Positions 11,085 through 21,155 of a DNA stretch of 64,000 bases are shown one piece after another (positions within the stretch are counted from its first letter, which is position 1; every line of letters begins with the position of its first letter). Origin of the DNA: an uncultured delta proteobacterium. GTDB lineage: Bacteria > Myxococcota > Myxococcia > SLRQ01. Below the pieces are notes generated by a model. The model did no database searches, was not told where the DNA came from, and was given only the letters and a program-made list of their open reading frames with translations. A program made the translations under genes and the position numbers. The DNA lies in contig CAVSGM010000002.1 in NCBI GenBank assembly GCA_963727485.1, positions 1,664,001 to 1,728,000 on the forward strand. The letters run 5' to 3'.

Positions 11085-11310
11085 TCACACTCGGCTCAGT
11101 ACCCGGTTGGAAGCGTTCAGGTGGTGCATGCCCCGGCGCATCACCACCCGCCCGTAGCTCCCCGAGGCGCCGCAGTTGGCCGGGTCGTCGGCGGTGGCCA
11201 CGCAGGACCCACCGCACCGCCTCTGGCCCTGGGGGCAGGACCGCGTCTTCTGCCCTCCGCCGCAGTCGGTCGCCACCACCACCATGAACACCCACATCGC
11301 CTCGCGCATC
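11085..11310 (-). pseudogene. Internally deleted remnant of the 6339-8537 FG-GAP lipoprotein gene
   Basis: SCPQGQRRCGGSCVATADDPANCG joined directly to ASGSYGRVVMRRGMHHLNASN, matching 8393-8470 and 7715-7783. Confidence 0.8.
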
Positions 11311-11450
11311 CAGTCTGGGCTTGGCCCGGTAGCGCAGGCCTGCTCCCGGATGCCTTGTGCCCCGCGCCGCCGGTGATTACCCCGGGGATGCCGGCGCGCT
11401 GACGGGCGCGCACCCGCGCGATCGCCACGCCGGCGGAAAGGAGCACCCCG

Positions 11451-11969
11451 ATGCGTCACCCACTCGCGCGTCTGCTCATGGCCGGCGCCCTCGCCGGCCT
11501 CCTCGTCCCCGCCTCCCTGGCCCTGGCGAAGGGCGGGCCCAAGCCGGTCACCCGCAAGGCCCAGGCCGGGCCCTACCAGGTCACCTTGAAGGTGTTGCCC
11601 GCCGAGGCCTTCGAGGGCCCCCACGCCGAGATGGCCTGGGACGGCGGCGCCAAGGCCATGACCCTCACCAGCGCCGCCAGGCCCAACCGCCACCTGGTGG
11701 TCTTCGTGACCCGGGCCGGCAAGCCGGTGACCGACGGCAAGGTGCGCATCCGCTACCGGATGACGGGGATGCGCCAGTCCAGGTGGATGACGCTCCCGGT
11801 GGCGAAGATGCACGTGGCCGGCAAGAGCGCGGCCACCACCCACTACGGGAACAACGTCCACCTCCGGCACGGGTGGTACCAGGCGGTGGTCACCGTGAAC
11901 GGGCATAGGACCCAGGTCATGCGCTTCGCGGTCTCGGCGCCGGCCCCCGGCGCCGCCTCCCAGGGCTAG
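11451..11969 (+). CDS. Secreted Ig-fold protein, possibly P19/Tp34/FetP-like metal-binding
   Basis: Signal peptide; RHLVV..., MHV..THYGNNVHL..GWY resembles the HYGxNV motif of P19-type proteins. Confidence 0.5.
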   Translation: MRHPLARLLMAGALAGLLVPASLALAKGGPKPVTRKAQAGPYQVTLKVLPAEAFEGPHAEMAWDGGAKAMTLTSAARPNRHLVVFVTRAGKPVTDGKVRIRYRMTGMRQSRWMTLPVAKMHVAGKSAATTHYGNNVHLRHGWYQAVVTVNGHRTQVMRFAVSAPAPGAASQG

Positions 11970-12053
11970 GAGGCGGCACCAGCCCTCTGCGGCGCCCCAA
12001 CGACCGTTGTCTGCCCGTCGGTCACTGCCGCCGAGCCGAGGCGGTCGCGGGTC

Positions 12054-14588
12054 CTAGTACAGGTAGACGGCGCCGATGCCCGAGGAGGTCCGGGGGGTCT
12101 CGTCGGCCCCGACGAGCAGCGTGTCGCCGGAGACGCCGACGCTGACCCCGAAGAAGTCGCTCGTCGTCGGGAACGGCGCCTTGACGTAGGCCCGCTGGGT
12201 CCACTTCCCCGCCGCGTTCCGGGTGAAGAGGTAGGCGGCGCCGGCCTTGGAGACGCTGTTGTCGCCCTGGTTCCCGTTGACGCCCGGCGAGCCGCTGGCC
12301 TCGTCGAGGGCCCCGACCACCAGGGTGTCGTGGTCGAGGGCGACGGCCTGCCCGAAGATGTCGCCGGCGTCGGTGTTGGAGGCCTTGAGGTAGGCCTGCT
12401 GGTGCCACTTGCCGGAGCCGTCCCGGACAAAGACGTAGGCGGCCCCGGCGTCGGAGGCGGAGTTGTCGGCCTGGTTTCCGTTGACCCCGGTGGCGTTGCT
12501 GGACTCGCCGGCGGCGCCCACCACCACCGTGGTCCCGGACACGGTCACCGAGCGTCCGAAGAGGTCGGGGCTGCCGGTGTTGGAGGCCTTGAGATAGGCC
12601 TGCTGGGCCCAGACCCCAGACACGTTCCGGCTGAAGACGTAGACGGCCCCGGCGTGGGCGGCGGTGTTGTTGCTCTGGTCGCCGTTGACGCCGGTGGCGT
12701 TGCTGTTCTCGGACTGGGCGCCCACCGCGAGGATGCTGCCGTCGAGGGCGACCGAGGTGCCGAAGCTGTCGTGGGGGTTGGTGTTGGAGGCCTTGACGTA
12801 GGCCACCTGGTACCACACGCCCTTGGGGGTCTGGTGGAAGAGGTAGACGGCGCCGGCGCCCGGGTCGACGTTGCTCGCCTGGTCCCCGCCGACCCCGACG
12901 GCGGCGCTGGCCTCGAGGATGGCGCTGACCGCCACCGTGCCCTGGGAGACGGCGACCGCGTGGCCGAAGTTGTCCCCGGCGTCGGTGTTGGAGGCCTTGA
13001 GGTAGGCCGCCTGGGACCACTTGCCCGAGCTGTCCCGGACGAAGATGTAGGCAGCCCCGGCGCCGGCGGCCGAGGTGTCCGACCCGTTGCCGGCGACCCC
13101 GGTGGCCCCGCTCGACTCGCCGGGGGCGCCGACCACCACCATGTCCTTCTCGATGGCGACACTGGCGCCGAACTGGGCGCCGGCCCGGTTGTTGAAGGGC
13201 TTGAGGTAGGCCTCCTGACTCCAGTGGCCCGCGGCGTCCCGCACGAAGACGTAGGCGGCCCCGGAGGCGCCGGCGGAGTTGTCCCTCTCGTTGCCGTCGA
13301 TGGTGGTGGCGTTGCTGTCCTCGTAGGGGGCGCCCACGACCATGGTGTTCCCGGAGATGGCGACGCTGTACCCGAAGCCGTCCCCGCGGTCGGCGCCGCT
13401 GCCCGCGGTGTAGCCCAGGGGCTTGCGCCGGGTCACGGTCACCGTGTAGGTGGCGGTGTTGCCGGCGGCGGCGGTGACCACGATGGTGAGGGTCTTGGGC
13501 ACCGCGGCGGCGAGGGCCACCGGGGTCGAGGTGCTCCCCGAGGCCAGGGCCGCGCCGTCGACGGTGAGGGTGGCCCCGGGGTCGGCGGCGGTGGGCGTCA
13601 CCTGGAAGGTGTCGTAGGCGTTGCTCACGGCCACCGCGTAGTCGTGGGTCGCCGGGTTGAACACGGGCGTGAGGCTGCCGGCGGAGAGGAAGAGGGACGA
13701 GAGGGTGGCGTCGGTGCTCTTGCAGGTGCCCGAGAGGCAGGTCTCGGAGGCGGTGCAGCTGGTGCCGGCGTTGGCACCCTGGCAGTCGCCCGAGGCGCCG
13801 CAGTGGTTGGCGCTGGTGCCCGGGTTGGTGCACACGCCCCCGCAGTCAATCTCGCCGCCGCTGCACTGGAGATGGCAGACGCCCGCGCCGCAGTAGTAGC
13901 CGCCGGCGCAGGCGGTGCCGGCGCTCGTGCCCTGGCAGTCACCGGAGGCGCCGCAGTGAGCGACGCTGGTGGCCGGGTCGACGCAGGCGGTGCCGCAGGC
14001 CACGAGGCCGGTGGCGCACTGGAGCTGGCAGGTGCCCGAGACGCAGGCCTCAGTGCTGGCGCAGGCGGTGCCGGCGTTGGAGCCCTGGCAGTCACCGCTG
14101 GCCCCGCAGTAGCTGGCGCTGGTCGAGGGATCGATACAGGCGCCGCCGCAGAGGATCTGGCCGCCCGTGCACTGGATCTGGCAGACGCCCGAGACGCAGG
14201 CCTGGTTGGTGGCGCACGCGGCACCGGCGTTGCCGCCGTGGCAGTCGCCCGAGGCGCCGCAGTGGTCGGCGCTGGTCGAGGGGTCGATGCAGCTGCTGCC
14301 GCAGGCGATCTCGGGCGCGGTGCACTGGAGCACGCAGGCGCCCTGGCTGCACACCTGTCCCGAGGCGCAGGCGTTCCCGCAGGCGCCGCAGTTGGACGCA
14401 TCGGTGCCCAGGGTCACGCAGGTGCCGCCGCAGGACGTCTGCCCGGTGGCGCAGGTCGGGGGGCTCCCGCCATCGCTGCCGCCGCCGGTACCGCCGCCGT
14501 CGCCCGTGCCGTTGCCGCCGGTGCCGCCGCTGCACCCGGCGATGATCATCACCGCCCACACCACGCCCACGCACCGTCGCATCGTCAT
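12054..14588 (-). CDS. Lipoprotein with Cys-rich repeats, cadherin-like domain and FG-GAP propeller (paralog of 6339-8537)
   Basis: Lipobox IIAGC; five CIDPSTS..CGASGDCQG..AGT.C repeats; YLKASNT/FG-GAP repeats. Confidence 0.9.
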   Translation of the reverse strand: MTMRRCVGVVWAVMIIAGCSGGTGGNGTGDGGGTGGGSDGGSPPTCATGQTSCGGTCVTLGTDASNCGACGNACASGQVCSQGACVLQCTAPEIACGSSCIDPSTSADHCGASGDCHGGNAGAACATNQACVSGVCQIQCTGGQILCGGACIDPSTSASYCGASGDCQGSNAGTACASTEACVSGTCQLQCATGLVACGTACVDPATSVAHCGASGDCQGTSAGTACAGGYYCGAGVCHLQCSGGEIDCGGVCTNPGTSANHCGASGDCQGANAGTSCTASETCLSGTCKSTDATLSSLFLSAGSLTPVFNPATHDYAVAVSNAYDTFQVTPTAADPGATLTVDGAALASGSTSTPVALAAAVPKTLTIVVTAAAGNTATYTVTVTRRKPLGYTAGSGADRGDGFGYSVAISGNTMVVGAPYEDSNATTIDGNERDNSAGASGAAYVFVRDAAGHWSQEAYLKPFNNRAGAQFGASVAIEKDMVVVGAPGESSGATGVAGNGSDTSAAGAGAAYIFVRDSSGKWSQAAYLKASNTDAGDNFGHAVAVSQGTVAVSAILEASAAVGVGGDQASNVDPGAGAVYLFHQTPKGVWYQVAYVKASNTNPHDSFGTSVALDGSILAVGAQSENSNATGVNGDQSNNTAAHAGAVYVFSRNVSGVWAQQAYLKASNTGSPDLFGRSVTVSGTTVVVGAAGESSNATGVNGNQADNSASDAGAAYVFVRDGSGKWHQQAYLKASNTDAGDIFGQAVALDHDTLVVGALDEASGSPGVNGNQGDNSVSKAGAAYLFTRNAAGKWTQRAYVKAPFPTTSDFFGVSVGVSGDTLLVGADETPRTSSGIGAVYLY

Positions 14589-15059
14589 CTCGGATCCCCT
14601 TGTTGGTCTGCCTGTCACTGGTCTTCCGGGCGCACGGGTCCCAACCACCTACGGAGCTGCTCCGCGGGTGCCGCCCATGGTCCGGTGCTGGACCGTCGTC
14701 CATCCGCCCGATCCGTCGGGACAACCGCCCCCGACGATGGACGCGATCCTAGCGGAGCCGGTCGTGCCCGTCCGTCCCCGGACCGGGGGGGGCAAGGTCC
14801 CCGGAATGGGGGAGGCGTGTGCGGACTACCGCGCGCGGGGGCTGCGTGCGGGCCTCGTGCCGCTGGGCTCGTTGAGGATGGACGGCGTTTCACCTGCGGA
14901 GGGCCCGACCCTGTCCCGAGCTGACACAGGTCTGCGCGATGGTTTCCGGCGCTCGGGATCCCCCCGCTGGGACCCGGGTGTTCGACAGCGAACAAGTCCC
15001 TAGGGAGCGCTTGCCAGTCGCCGGTGGGCGCGGTAGGCGAGGGTGGGGGTCAAGGACAC

Positions 15060-16106
15060 GTGAGAGGCGCGCAGGCAGCTCGGATCATCCGCTTGATGCT
15101 CCTCTTGGGAGCGCGGCGGACGGGCCTGACCATCGCGGAGATGCAGGAGGCGCTGAACGTCTCCCATCGCACGGTGTACCGGGACCTGGAGGTCCTCGGC
15201 GAGCTCGGGGTGCCGCTGACCAACGAGAAGGACGGCCGCAACACGGTCTACCAGCTCCTCGAGGGCGACCGCTGGCAGCTCGGGGTGCCGCTGGGGCTCG
15301 CGGAGATCGTGGCGCTGCACCTGGGGGTCGACCTCCTGCGGGTGCAGGGCGGGGCGGCGTGGTCGGAGGCGGCGGTGGCGGCGCTGGAGAAGCTCGACGC
15401 GGCGGTGCCCGGGAAGCTTTTGGCGCGGCTCGAGGAGGCGCTGGGCGGGGTGAGCGTGTCGACCCGGGGCCGGCGGCCGTATGAGGCGCGGCAGGAGATC
15501 CTGGCGACGCTGACCCGGGCGGTGCAGGAGGGGCGGCCGCTGGACATCGCGTACCTGAAGCCCGGGGATGGGTCGCGGCCCACACGCCGGCACCTGCATC
15601 CCCTGGCGGTGCGCCTGGAGCACGGGGGTGCGTACCTGGTGGCCCTCGACGTCGAGCTCGGCGAGCTGCGGACCTTCCTCGCCGACCGGGTGCAGATGGC
15701 GACGGTGGGCGAGGGGCGCTTCGAGCGGCCGCCGGGCTTCGCGGTGGACGACTACTTCGCCCAGGCGTTCCAGGTGCACCTCGGCGGGCCGCTGGTGAAG
15801 CTGCGCGCCGAGTTCGCGCCGCGGGTGGCGCACCTGGTGACCGAGCGGCGCTGGCACCCCTCGCAGCGGGCGCGGCACCTGGAGGACGGCGGGGTGTCGC
15901 TGGCGATGCAGGTGCGCGACACGCCGGAGCTGCGGGCGTGGCTGCTGGGGTTCGGGGGCGACGTGGTGGTCACGGCGCCCAAGGCGCTGGCCCGGGCGAT
16001 GGCCGAGGAGGCCGGGCGCATGGCGGCCGGGTATGCCGAGGCGCGGGGGCGCGAGAAGCGGGGCGGGCAGGTGGCGGCGCGGAGGCGGGGGCGGTCCGAT
16101 GATTGA
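15060..16106 (+). CDS. WYL-domain transcriptional regulator (HTH-WYL-WCX)
   Basis: VSHRTVYRDLEVL HTH; RRHLHPLAV..AYLVALD..LRTFLADRV WYL core; ERRWHPSQ and WLLGFG WCX motifs. Confidence 0.92.
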   Translation: MRGAQAARIIRLMLLLGARRTGLTIAEMQEALNVSHRTVYRDLEVLGELGVPLTNEKDGRNTVYQLLEGDRWQLGVPLGLAEIVALHLGVDLLRVQGGAAWSEAAVAALEKLDAAVPGKLLARLEEALGGVSVSTRGRRPYEARQEILATLTRAVQEGRPLDIAYLKPGDGSRPTRRHLHPLAVRLEHGGAYLVALDVELGELRTFLADRVQMATVGEGRFERPPGFAVDDYFAQAFQVHLGGPLVKLRAEFAPRVAHLVTERRWHPSQRARHLEDGGVSLAMQVRDTPELRAWLLGFGGDVVVTAPKALARAMAEEAGRMAAGYAEARGREKRGGQVAARRRGRSDD

Positions 16107-16160
16107 TCGTGTTGGCCGGGGTGCAAATCGTTCGTGCGGCCCAGATACAGGAGGACGTCA

Positions 16161-16325
16161 GTGGCCAAAGAACTCGAAAGCTTGACCGCCAAGTTCAGCT
16201 CCGTGACCGTCAAGGCGCTGTTTCCCTACCAGGCGGAGATGGCTACCGCGGATGACCTGCCGAAGCTGCTCGAGGTCCCGACCGGCGCGGGCAAGACGGC
16301 GGCCGCACCTGCTGGTGTTGCGGCA
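16161..16325 (+). pseudogene. Truncated N-terminus of a second Cas3-like helicase
   Basis: LFPYQAEMA..LPKLLEVPTGAGKTAAA (Q-motif plus Walker A); similarity then ends. Confidence 0.6.
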
Positions 16326-16412
16326 GGGGCGGGGGCGCGTCCGATGAGACGTGAGCTCATTGTAGAGCTTGGCGAGCTCGGAGCCGAGCGCCGATCCAGG
16401 AGGAGATGACAC

Positions 16413-19176
16413 ATGAACGGGGTCCCTGCAGGAGCGAGGGCAGCGAAGGATTGCGAGACGCTCGTCGTGTCTGACGGCGAGGCCCAACGACTGTTGGCCG
16501 ACGCTATGGGGCTGGCAGACGGAGAATCCCCGTTTCCCTGGCAACTCCGCCTGCTCCGCCAACTTCGTCAGGGCAAGATACCTCGGTCGTTGGCGATTCC
16601 CACCGGGCTAGGGAAGACGGCGACGATGGCCATTTGGCTCCTTGCCAGAGGCCTTTGTGCCTCGGTCCCGCGGCGGCTAGTCTACATCGTTGATTGCCGT
16701 GCGGTCGTGGATCAAGCGACCCGCGTGGCGGAGCAACTGAAGACCTGGGTGGCCGAGAACGTTCGAGTCGCCGCGGGGCTTGGGCTCGACGGGACGGATC
16801 TGCCCGTCTCTACCCTGCGTGGCAAATTGGTGGACAACCGCGAGTGGCTTGAGGATCCCCCCTGTGCCAAGCAATCATCGTAGGGACGGTGGACATGATC
16901 GGCTCGCGGCTCCTGTTCGAGGGCTACCGTCGCGGTCACGCAAGATCCGGCCCTACTTGGCAGGACTCCTGGGGACAGGACAGCTTGTTCGTGTTGGACG
17001 AGGCGCACCTGTTCCGCCCTTCGAGCGCCTGCTTGAACGGATTGCCGCTGAAGGGCTCTACGACCTCTGGCCCTATCCCAAGATGCCGGCCTCGTGGCTC
17101 CCACCACCCCCGCGGCTCCTGTCTCTCTCGGCCACGGGAAGGTCGCACGGTCGGAGATCCGTTCGACCTGGACGACGAGGTTCGCACATCCCGTGGTTAA
17201 GCGGCGCATGGTCTTCACCGTCAAGCGGCTTCACGGTTGAGGACATCGGCCCGGATGGAGATCTCGCGGAACTCGCCGCGGAGCGCGCGTGGGAGTTCAC
17301 CGACGGGGGCGCGGCCGCTACGATGCCTCGTATATCTCAACAGCCGCGACGACGCCGAGAGGGCCCGCGATCACCTCCTGCAGCTGGCTGGCCTCCGGAA
17401 GCAGAGGAAGGGACAAGCGGCAGCGGCTGACGTGGAGTTGATGGTGGGGGCTCGCAGAGTGTTCGAGCGTACGGGGGCAGCCGACGCCCTGGAAAGGCTC
17501 GGGTATCTGGGAAGCGAAAAGGCGCCAGGAACGCGTCCGGCCTTTCTGTTCTCGACGTCGGCGGGCGAGGTCGGTGTGGACCTGGATGCGGACCACATGG
17601 TCTGCGATCTGGTCCCCTGGGAGAGAATGGTACAGCGACTGGGCCGCGTGAACCGGCGGGGCGCCAAGCAGGCACGGGTCGTCGTGCTTCGGGCGCCGCC
17701 AGCTAAGGATGAACCGCCAGAGATCGAGACACGACGAGACCGTGTTGTCGCGCTGATTGGCTCCCTCCCGGCCAACGAGGATGGATCTCGCGACGTGAGC
17801 CCGGGCGCACTCGACTCGCTCCAGCGCGCAGCGCGAGCAGATCCTGCCATTGCAGACACCATGCGGGAGGCGTCAACGCCCGATCCGCTCTACCCGCCGC
17901 TAGAGCGACCGACCGTCGAGGCCTGGTCGATGACGTCCTTGCGGCACCACCCGGGCAGACCGTCCATTGCCCCGTGGCTCCGCGGCTGGGGCAGAGACAA
18001 CCCGCAGACGGCGGTGACCTGGCGACGGCGGTTCCCGTGGAAGCCCAGTGACGCCGCGCCCGACCGGAGCGTCATCGAACAGTATCTGGAGGCAGCACCT
18101 CCACACGCCAGCGAGGTCCTGGAAACGGATACCTTCCGGGTCATCGCTTGGCTCACCAAACGCGCGCAAGCGCTGCTCAAACACGTCAGCGGGGAGCCCG
18201 GGGCAGAGGTGCTCGGTCGTCACTCGGTCGTCGCGGTCACACGCTCACGCGGCGTCAATGGCATCCGCGCCTGGTCGCTGGACACTCTTGCGGCCTCTGG
18301 AGCGAAGGGCGAGCTCCAGAACGTCTTGCCTGGAGCCGACCTGGTGTTGCACGCCGACATGGCCGGCCTCGGGTTCGGCCTGCTGGATCCCAGGATCAGG
18401 AGGCACCGGTCACGCTTGACGGGGAGCCGGGCAGTTGGATCGAGGTTCCCTTTCGCATCAGAGAAACCGACATGCCGGAGCCAACATCGGATCCGGGATG
18501 GTACGAGAGACTCCGCTTTCCAGTGCTGCGTAGCCCAGACAACGAGGAGGCTACCCGTTGGCTGGTTGTGGAGAAGCTCCGCGCCGACTCGACAACCGAG
18601 GAGGACCGGTCAGCGGGGCGTCCGCAACTGCTGGAGGAACATCACAGTTGGACCGCCGAGCGCGCTCACGCGCTAGCGCGGCGGCTCGAGCTCTCCGAAG
18701 CGGCATCGCGAGTGCTGAGAATCGCAGGTCGTCTACACGACGAGGGGAAGAAGTCGCATCGTTGGCAAGGTGCTTTTCGTGCACCGTCAGCGCCGCCGGG
18801 CCCCTATGCCAAGACGCGTGGTCCGGTAAGTGTTCATCTGCTCGATGGGTACCGACACGAGTTCGGTTCACTCCCATACGCCGAGCGTGACGCCGAACTC
18901 CAAGACCTGCCCGAAGACCAGCGGGACCTGGTCCTTCACCTCATTGCGAGCCACCACGGCTTCGCCCGTCCAGTGATCTCCACCTCAGGGTGCGAGGACA
19001 TCCCCCCGTCCAGGCTCGAGATGCGTGCGGGTGAGGTCGCAGAGCGCTTCTGGGTGCTCCAGGAGCGATGGGGACCTTGGGGGCTCGCTTGGTGGGAGTC
19101 TCTGCTGAGAGCCGCCGACCAGCAGGCCTCGCGAGACAACGACGGGAGACCGGATGAGCGTAGGAAGGAGCCATAG
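16413..19176 (+). CDS. cas3: Type I-G (I-U) Cas3 helicase with C-terminal HD nuclease; several frameshifts
   Basis: PFPWQ, IPTGLGKT, PRRLVYIVD, DMIGSRLLF, LDEAH, TSAGEVGVDLDAD, QRLGRVNR, then LHDEGK, YRHEFGS, SHHG, RAADQQAS. Confidence 0.92.
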
Positions 19177-20079
19177 ATGGCGGTCGCATCCATTCCAGTC
19201 GATCTTTTGAACCCCGGTCAGGTGTTCGGCTGCATTGGCCTCCTGGAATTGGCCGAGCTCTTGATCGGAGGAAGCAGCGGCGCTTTCGATTGGAGCCATC
19301 CGGAAGACACACGCTTCCGGCTGAGCGTCGGCGGCAATGAGGATCCCATCGCAGCCGGTCTGAAGTTCCTGGCGGAGGCAGAGGTTCACGCCATTCGGCC
19401 GACGGTTTCGGAGCTGGACACATCGAAGTGGAACGTGCCCTGCAGGGCGATTGCGGCGGGGGAGCCGTTCCCGATTCCGCCGCCGTCAAGTCCGGCGACG
19501 CTTCCCGCGGTACTGACCGCCCGGGGTCATTCACTGGCGGTGTCGTCCTGGGGCGAGGGCAATCTGCCCCAGGCCGTGACCTCCCGGCGGGATAACGTCA
19601 AGTTCTGGGCCGGGAGCGGCGGTTACCCGGGTGTTGCCCTTCAGGACGCACTTGAGCTGGTGCGCGGCCAGATCGCCGAGGCGGGCGCCAACCCCTTCTC
19701 GGTGTCGGCTCCGCAGACCAGCAGCTTCCGCTTTGACTGGAGGCGCGACTACATCCCAATTGACATCGGATTCTCGCTCAACGCGCACGAGACGATTCAG
19801 CCGCAAGGCTATCCTCTCGTCGAGATCCTTGCTGCCATTGGGCTGGCGCACGCGCGGCCGCAAAGGCGCAGCAAGCTGGAATACAGATACGGCGTGCTCT
19901 CGCTGCCTCCAGATGGGCCAGCGCCCGACGGCGATCTCCTGGCTCCGCCCTTTCTTCGAGCTGGTCTAGGCGGTGCGCCGCTCCCCTTTCCATCCCGCAT
20001 CTTCACGATGAACCTCGGGCTGGCCCGCAAAGGAAGGACAGGCCCGGTGCATCACCACCGTTTCCAGGAGAATGCCTGA
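19177..20079 (+). CDS. cas8g: Type I-G large subunit (Cas8g/Cas8u2-like)
   Basis: IPVDLLNPGQVFGCIGLLE, KFWAGSGGYPG, FRFDWRRDYIPIDIGFS, PLVEILAAIGL; between cas3 and cas7. Confidence 0.8.
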   Translation: MAVASIPVDLLNPGQVFGCIGLLELAELLIGGSSGAFDWSHPEDTRFRLSVGGNEDPIAAGLKFLAEAEVHAIRPTVSELDTSKWNVPCRAIAAGEPFPIPPPSSPATLPAVLTARGHSLAVSSWGEGNLPQAVTSRRDNVKFWAGSGGYPGVALQDALELVRGQIAEAGANPFSVSAPQTSSFRFDWRRDYIPIDIGFSLNAHETIQPQGYPLVEILAAIGLAHARPQRRSKLEYRYGVLSLPPDGPAPDGDLLAPPFLRAGLGGAPLPFPSRIFTMNLGLARKGRTGPVHHHRFQENA

Positions 20080-21155
20080 TGACTGCCGTGCCACTGGACA
20101 ACGCTGTGATCGATGGATGGGCGACCGAGGCCAACGGGCCTGTTGCGCTTCACTACCGCCAGCACCTGCTCCCGATCGAGGGCCGCGGAGCAGTCTTCTT
20201 TCCACCCACCTTCGCGGGTGGCGGCTACAACATCGACGACCTTCCCGATGGGACCCGGGTCGTCCTCGTAGACACCGTAGGGTCGCAGGCCAACCGGATG
20301 GAGCCCCTCTTCAGAGAAGACGAACGCCTTCGCTCCCTGGTGCCCCAAATCGAGATCACGTATGGCGACGCGAAACAGGGTACCGACGGCAGCACCTCGC
20401 TCCTCGAAGCGGGGCATCGGTTGGGTGATGCGCTGGTGCGCTGCACCGAGCTTCGGGAGGATGCCCGGTCCGCCTTTCAGGCGCTTCTCAGGAGGGATGA
20501 TGCGACGCCACTCGCGAAGTTGGCGCCAACGTCACTCGTCTTCGGCGCTTGGGATTCGCGCGACACGATGGCGAAGGTGCCCAGGATCGTCCAAAGCGTC
20601 ATTCGGGCCTGGGACGTCTTAGACCAGCTGACGCGCTCGGCCCAGTACTCACCGGCACTGGACTATGCGGCCCTCGACGTCTTCACAGAAGCGGAGAAGG
20701 AGAAGGCGGAGACAAAGGCGAACAGTGACTTGGCCAAGCGTGGGTTTGTGCACGTCCCCGCAGTCGGGAGCCACGGTGGCGTCGTCGCCTATGGGCCGAT
20801 CCAGCGTGACGTGACGGTCAACCTCATCGCCCTTCGACGGCTTGGTGGAGTCAACCGCGACGCGTTGCGACGGTACGTGCTAGGACTTTCCTTGGTAGCA
20901 GCGACCGCGCCACAAGACCCATTTCTGCGCCAGGGCTGCATGTTGGTACCCGACGTCGAACGGCCCGGATGTTGGGAGGGGGTCAACCGGGACGGAACCC
21001 GGTCGGAGGTGGCACTTACCTTTGATGGCGCCCTCGACTACGCCGGCCGGGTGGCCAAGGCGTTTGGCGTCGGCGAGAGCAGGACGACCCGCTTCGACAA
21101 GAGCCTGGCGAAGGCGGATGCGGCTGAAGGCAAGAAGAAGGGCAAGTCCAAGTGA
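20079..21155 (+). CDS. csb1: Type I-G Cas7 (Csb1)
   Basis: FPPTFA, LVDTVGSQANRME, GHRLGDA, APTSLVFGAWDSR, PFLRQGC. Confidence 0.93.
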   Translation: MTAVPLDNAVIDGWATEANGPVALHYRQHLLPIEGRGAVFFPPTFAGGGYNIDDLPDGTRVVLVDTVGSQANRMEPLFREDERLRSLVPQIEITYGDAKQGTDGSTSLLEAGHRLGDALVRCTELREDARSAFQALLRRDDATPLAKLAPTSLVFGAWDSRDTMAKVPRIVQSVIRAWDVLDQLTRSAQYSPALDYAALDVFTEAEKEKAETKANSDLAKRGFVHVPAVGSHGGVVAYGPIQRDVTVNLIALRRLGGVNRDALRRYVLGLSLVAATAPQDPFLRQGCMLVPDVERPGCWEGVNRDGTRSEVALTFDGALDYAGRVAKAFGVGESRTTRFDKSLAKADAAEGKKKGKSK

